Source: Epiperipatus broadwayi
Taxonomy: Eukaryota > Animalia > Onychophora
Direction of reading: 5' to 3'
DNA length: 64,000 nt
Assembly (NCBI GenBank): GCA_028023455.1
Contig: JAQFVV010000007.1
Location: 3,286,001-3,350,000 of the forward strand
Shown: piece after piece, positions 61,290 to 64,000 of the stretch
How positions within the stretch are numbered: position 1 is the stretch's first letter
Layout of the letters: each line of letters opens with the position of its first letter
Position numbers and translations under genes: made by a program
The notes under the pieces: generated by a model
Seen by the model: only the letters and a program-made list of their open reading frames with translations
Database searches by the model: none
Told to the model about the DNA's origin: nothing

Positions 61290-61760
61290 CTTAAGTTTTC
61301 ACTCACCTGCGCATGAGCAATTATAATTGGTTTTGTTTTATCATCTATTGATTATTACATTAAACATTTTGTAATACATTAAAGATCAGCCTTTTCAAGG
61401 TATTGTGCATGCGCTTTTTACGAGTGTTAATAATAAATGAATATTTTCATTCCCAACACAAGATATAGTATTTATGAAAGAATAAAATGAATCACTTATT
61501 CTTTCCAACCCAAATGCTTATATATGGGCAAAAGTGCTGTAAAAAAAATAAATAAATAAATAAATGCTTATTAAACATTTTATAAACCCAAGTATTCACT
61601 CACCTGCATGTGAGCAATATATAATTTGCATTATTTTAACATTTACTGATTATTACATTAAATATTCTTTGTAAACCTAAGTATTCACTCACCTGCATGT
61701 GAGCAAATATATATATAATTTACACTGTTTTCATTTATTGATTATTACATTAAATTTTAT
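61290..61760. repeat. Local diverged repeat, three copies
   Basis: AAGT(T/A)TTCACTCACCTGC(G/A)(C/T)(A/G)TGAGCAA...TTGATTATTACATTAAA recurs at about 61293, 61590 and 61680. Confidence 0.7.
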
Positions 61761-64000
61761 AAAATATAAATTTCATCTCAGTCTCCATTCTTGCTCATAC
61801 CTTTATGAATCACTAGTTTTAAGTTATACAATCCCATGTGTGTGTGTGTGTGGGGGGGGGATGTCTCATGTTTTACCGTTTCACTACTGCTGGAACATGA
61901 AGGAGATATCGAGTGTAATTTCAGGCATGTCATTAGCTATGGGTTGCCTTGGAAGCACTTGTAAGAGAGTTGAGGCATGATCAGACATAGGATATTACTA
62001 TCTTGACTTGGTCAGTTTTTGGTTCCCTGGCTCGGACTCTCGGTCTGTTGAGCAAATGAACAAACCTGACCGTTACAATATAGTCGCAACTATCAACAAA
62101 TACACAAAAATATTATAGTAACTAAAATATTTTTAAGTTTAAGCTAGGGTTCAAGTTTTAGGCTTTATGGTATTTATAATGATAAGATCTTACCATGTTA
62201 CATAGGGAATTAGTCACTAACCATGGTTTTTTCAGGTAGTTTACTATTGTCTTTCTGATAATGATCTTCTCCTTAACCATTGGTGAGATTGGAAAAGGTA
62301 TAATATCTGTAGGTCTTTATATGGCACTATCTATTTCTTCAATCATGGCATTATAAAGGCATTGCACAAGCTGGTTTTTCAAACTTCAGCATTAATTTCT
62401 GGATCCAACTGCATTTTCCAGGCATGTTGACTGGTGTGGCTTTTGGTTATCTAGGCCCACATGGCAGATGGATTTCTTCTAAATAAATTCATCATACTAA
62501 ATGTTGTAACTGAAGTACTGAAAAATACTTCAAGAACAGTCAATAAATATGGCTTATGGCGGAAAAATTTTAATCAGCAATCATTTCTCTCTTCCATATA
62601 CATCATGGCAACACAGTTTCAACAGTAGACTGCACTCTAACACAAAGCAATATAAAATGAACTGCTGGGCTCCTAGAATTAAAATGACAGTAATAACAAT
62701 AATCATCTTTAGTTTCTTATTTCAGATCTATTTATATCTCTGTGATGTTGTTCAAATATGTTTTTAAACAACATATAATGTCATCAACTAAGAGAAATAT
62801 GACTTTTGCACCATTATAACAACATATTTTTTAAAAAATAACTTTATTATCTTCAAAACATGTGGATACAAATTTTATGTACATTATATTCTGATTTTTA
62901 TACATAAAAAATAAGAAAACAAAATAGCTTGTGTCTTTCTCTTTTTCTACATTTTGTAACGTAAGAAGAAAAATTCCTGCAGACTTTTAACTTTTTAATT
63001 ATAACTCCTAAAATATTATTAATTCCAAAATTTTAAGTTTATATTTAGCTTTGCCATTCAGTTTTATTATGAAATGGACAAATTATTTAATTAAAATTTC
63101 CATTTGAAAGGTTCAAATTTAGATTTTTTTTAAAAAAAAAAATGCAATTCAAAATTCTTTTGCAGATCAAAACCATTTTTCCTTCTTCCTTTACAGTGTA
63201 ATTAATCATTCCTTACATATTACAAAATAAATTTAATAATCTTTTAATAATATGCATAAATTCATTTTTTCTCTTAATCTTTAGACAGTTTACACTTATT
63301 TTTTTCAGTGACACGCAAGCACACACACAATGTCAATTTGTATATCTATTAATCAATTGAAACCTTTTTTCCCTCTGCATTGTAGCATAACTTGTTATAG
63401 CTATAGTATATAAACAATATAATATTATAAATAAATAATTAAATAATTTTCTAAAATAAAAAGTATATGACTATTTTAGGATTCACTATATTTTTTCTAA
63501 AAAAAAAAAAAATCCAATATGAACTAAAAAAAATAAATTTCCTTTTATTTCCATACTTTTTTTAAGTTTTAAGAGGTTTTTTTTTCTGTTTTTATATGAT
63601 ATAATTCAACTGTATACATAAATCATTATCTAATTTAAATAGTAAAAAATGCAAACAGACCCACCCCCCAAATTCACCAGTAGGTTTAAACAATAATATA
63701 ATCACAGAGGTCAGCATATATTTTATTAGTGGCAAATGTTAAATTGATTATATAAACACAAAATGAGTTGAATCTTTTGATTATAAACAAACAAATAACA
63801 TTATAAAGCAGACAACTACATGATATATAATAATCTCAACATATTTAATAACTATAGTAAAATAATAGTGTATATTATAACAGGGCTGAGTTCAAACCCT
63901 GTTCTAAGTCAGAGGGTAATACTACCGAGCATATATATCTAATTAAATCAAGTGTAATATTAAGTAAATTGTTATTTTTCTTTTTCGTTGTGGTCTTGTA

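Overview
Very AT-rich animal genomic DNA, probably arthropod (inferred from the gene and repeat content; species not identifiable). One host gene runs on the minus strand: five in-frame, GT-AG spliced coding exons of an ephexin-family (Exn/NGEF/ARHGEF26-like) Dbl RhoGEF. They give 283 aa covering the pre-DH region and most of the DH domain. The gene is incomplete at both ends, with introns of about 17.6, 2.2, 11.4 and 14 kb. The introns hold many transposable elements: a 4.5-kb Merlin (IS1595/ISXO2-like) DNA transposon with about 1.2-kb foldback arms and a perfect 8-bp TSD; a decayed Ty3/Gypsy element; five copies of one RTE-clade LINE (one full length with TSD, one 5'-inverted); a TA-TSD MITE; pogo and Tc1 remnants; and a tRNA-like sequence. 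The main result is predicted self-cleaving ribozymes. Two unrelated non-coding insertions (36.5-37.7 kb and 52.1-53.0 kb) share an inverted-plus-tandem architecture, have 13-15 bp TSDs and carry type I hammerheads with palindromic stem III, like Penelope/retrozyme elements. A decayed third hammerhead lies at 18.0 kb. The 5' end of the RTE family folds into a CPEB3/HDV-like ribozyme, and the full-length copy is in the sense of the host pre-mRNA. All folds and alignments were done by eye; no activity or database search was tested.
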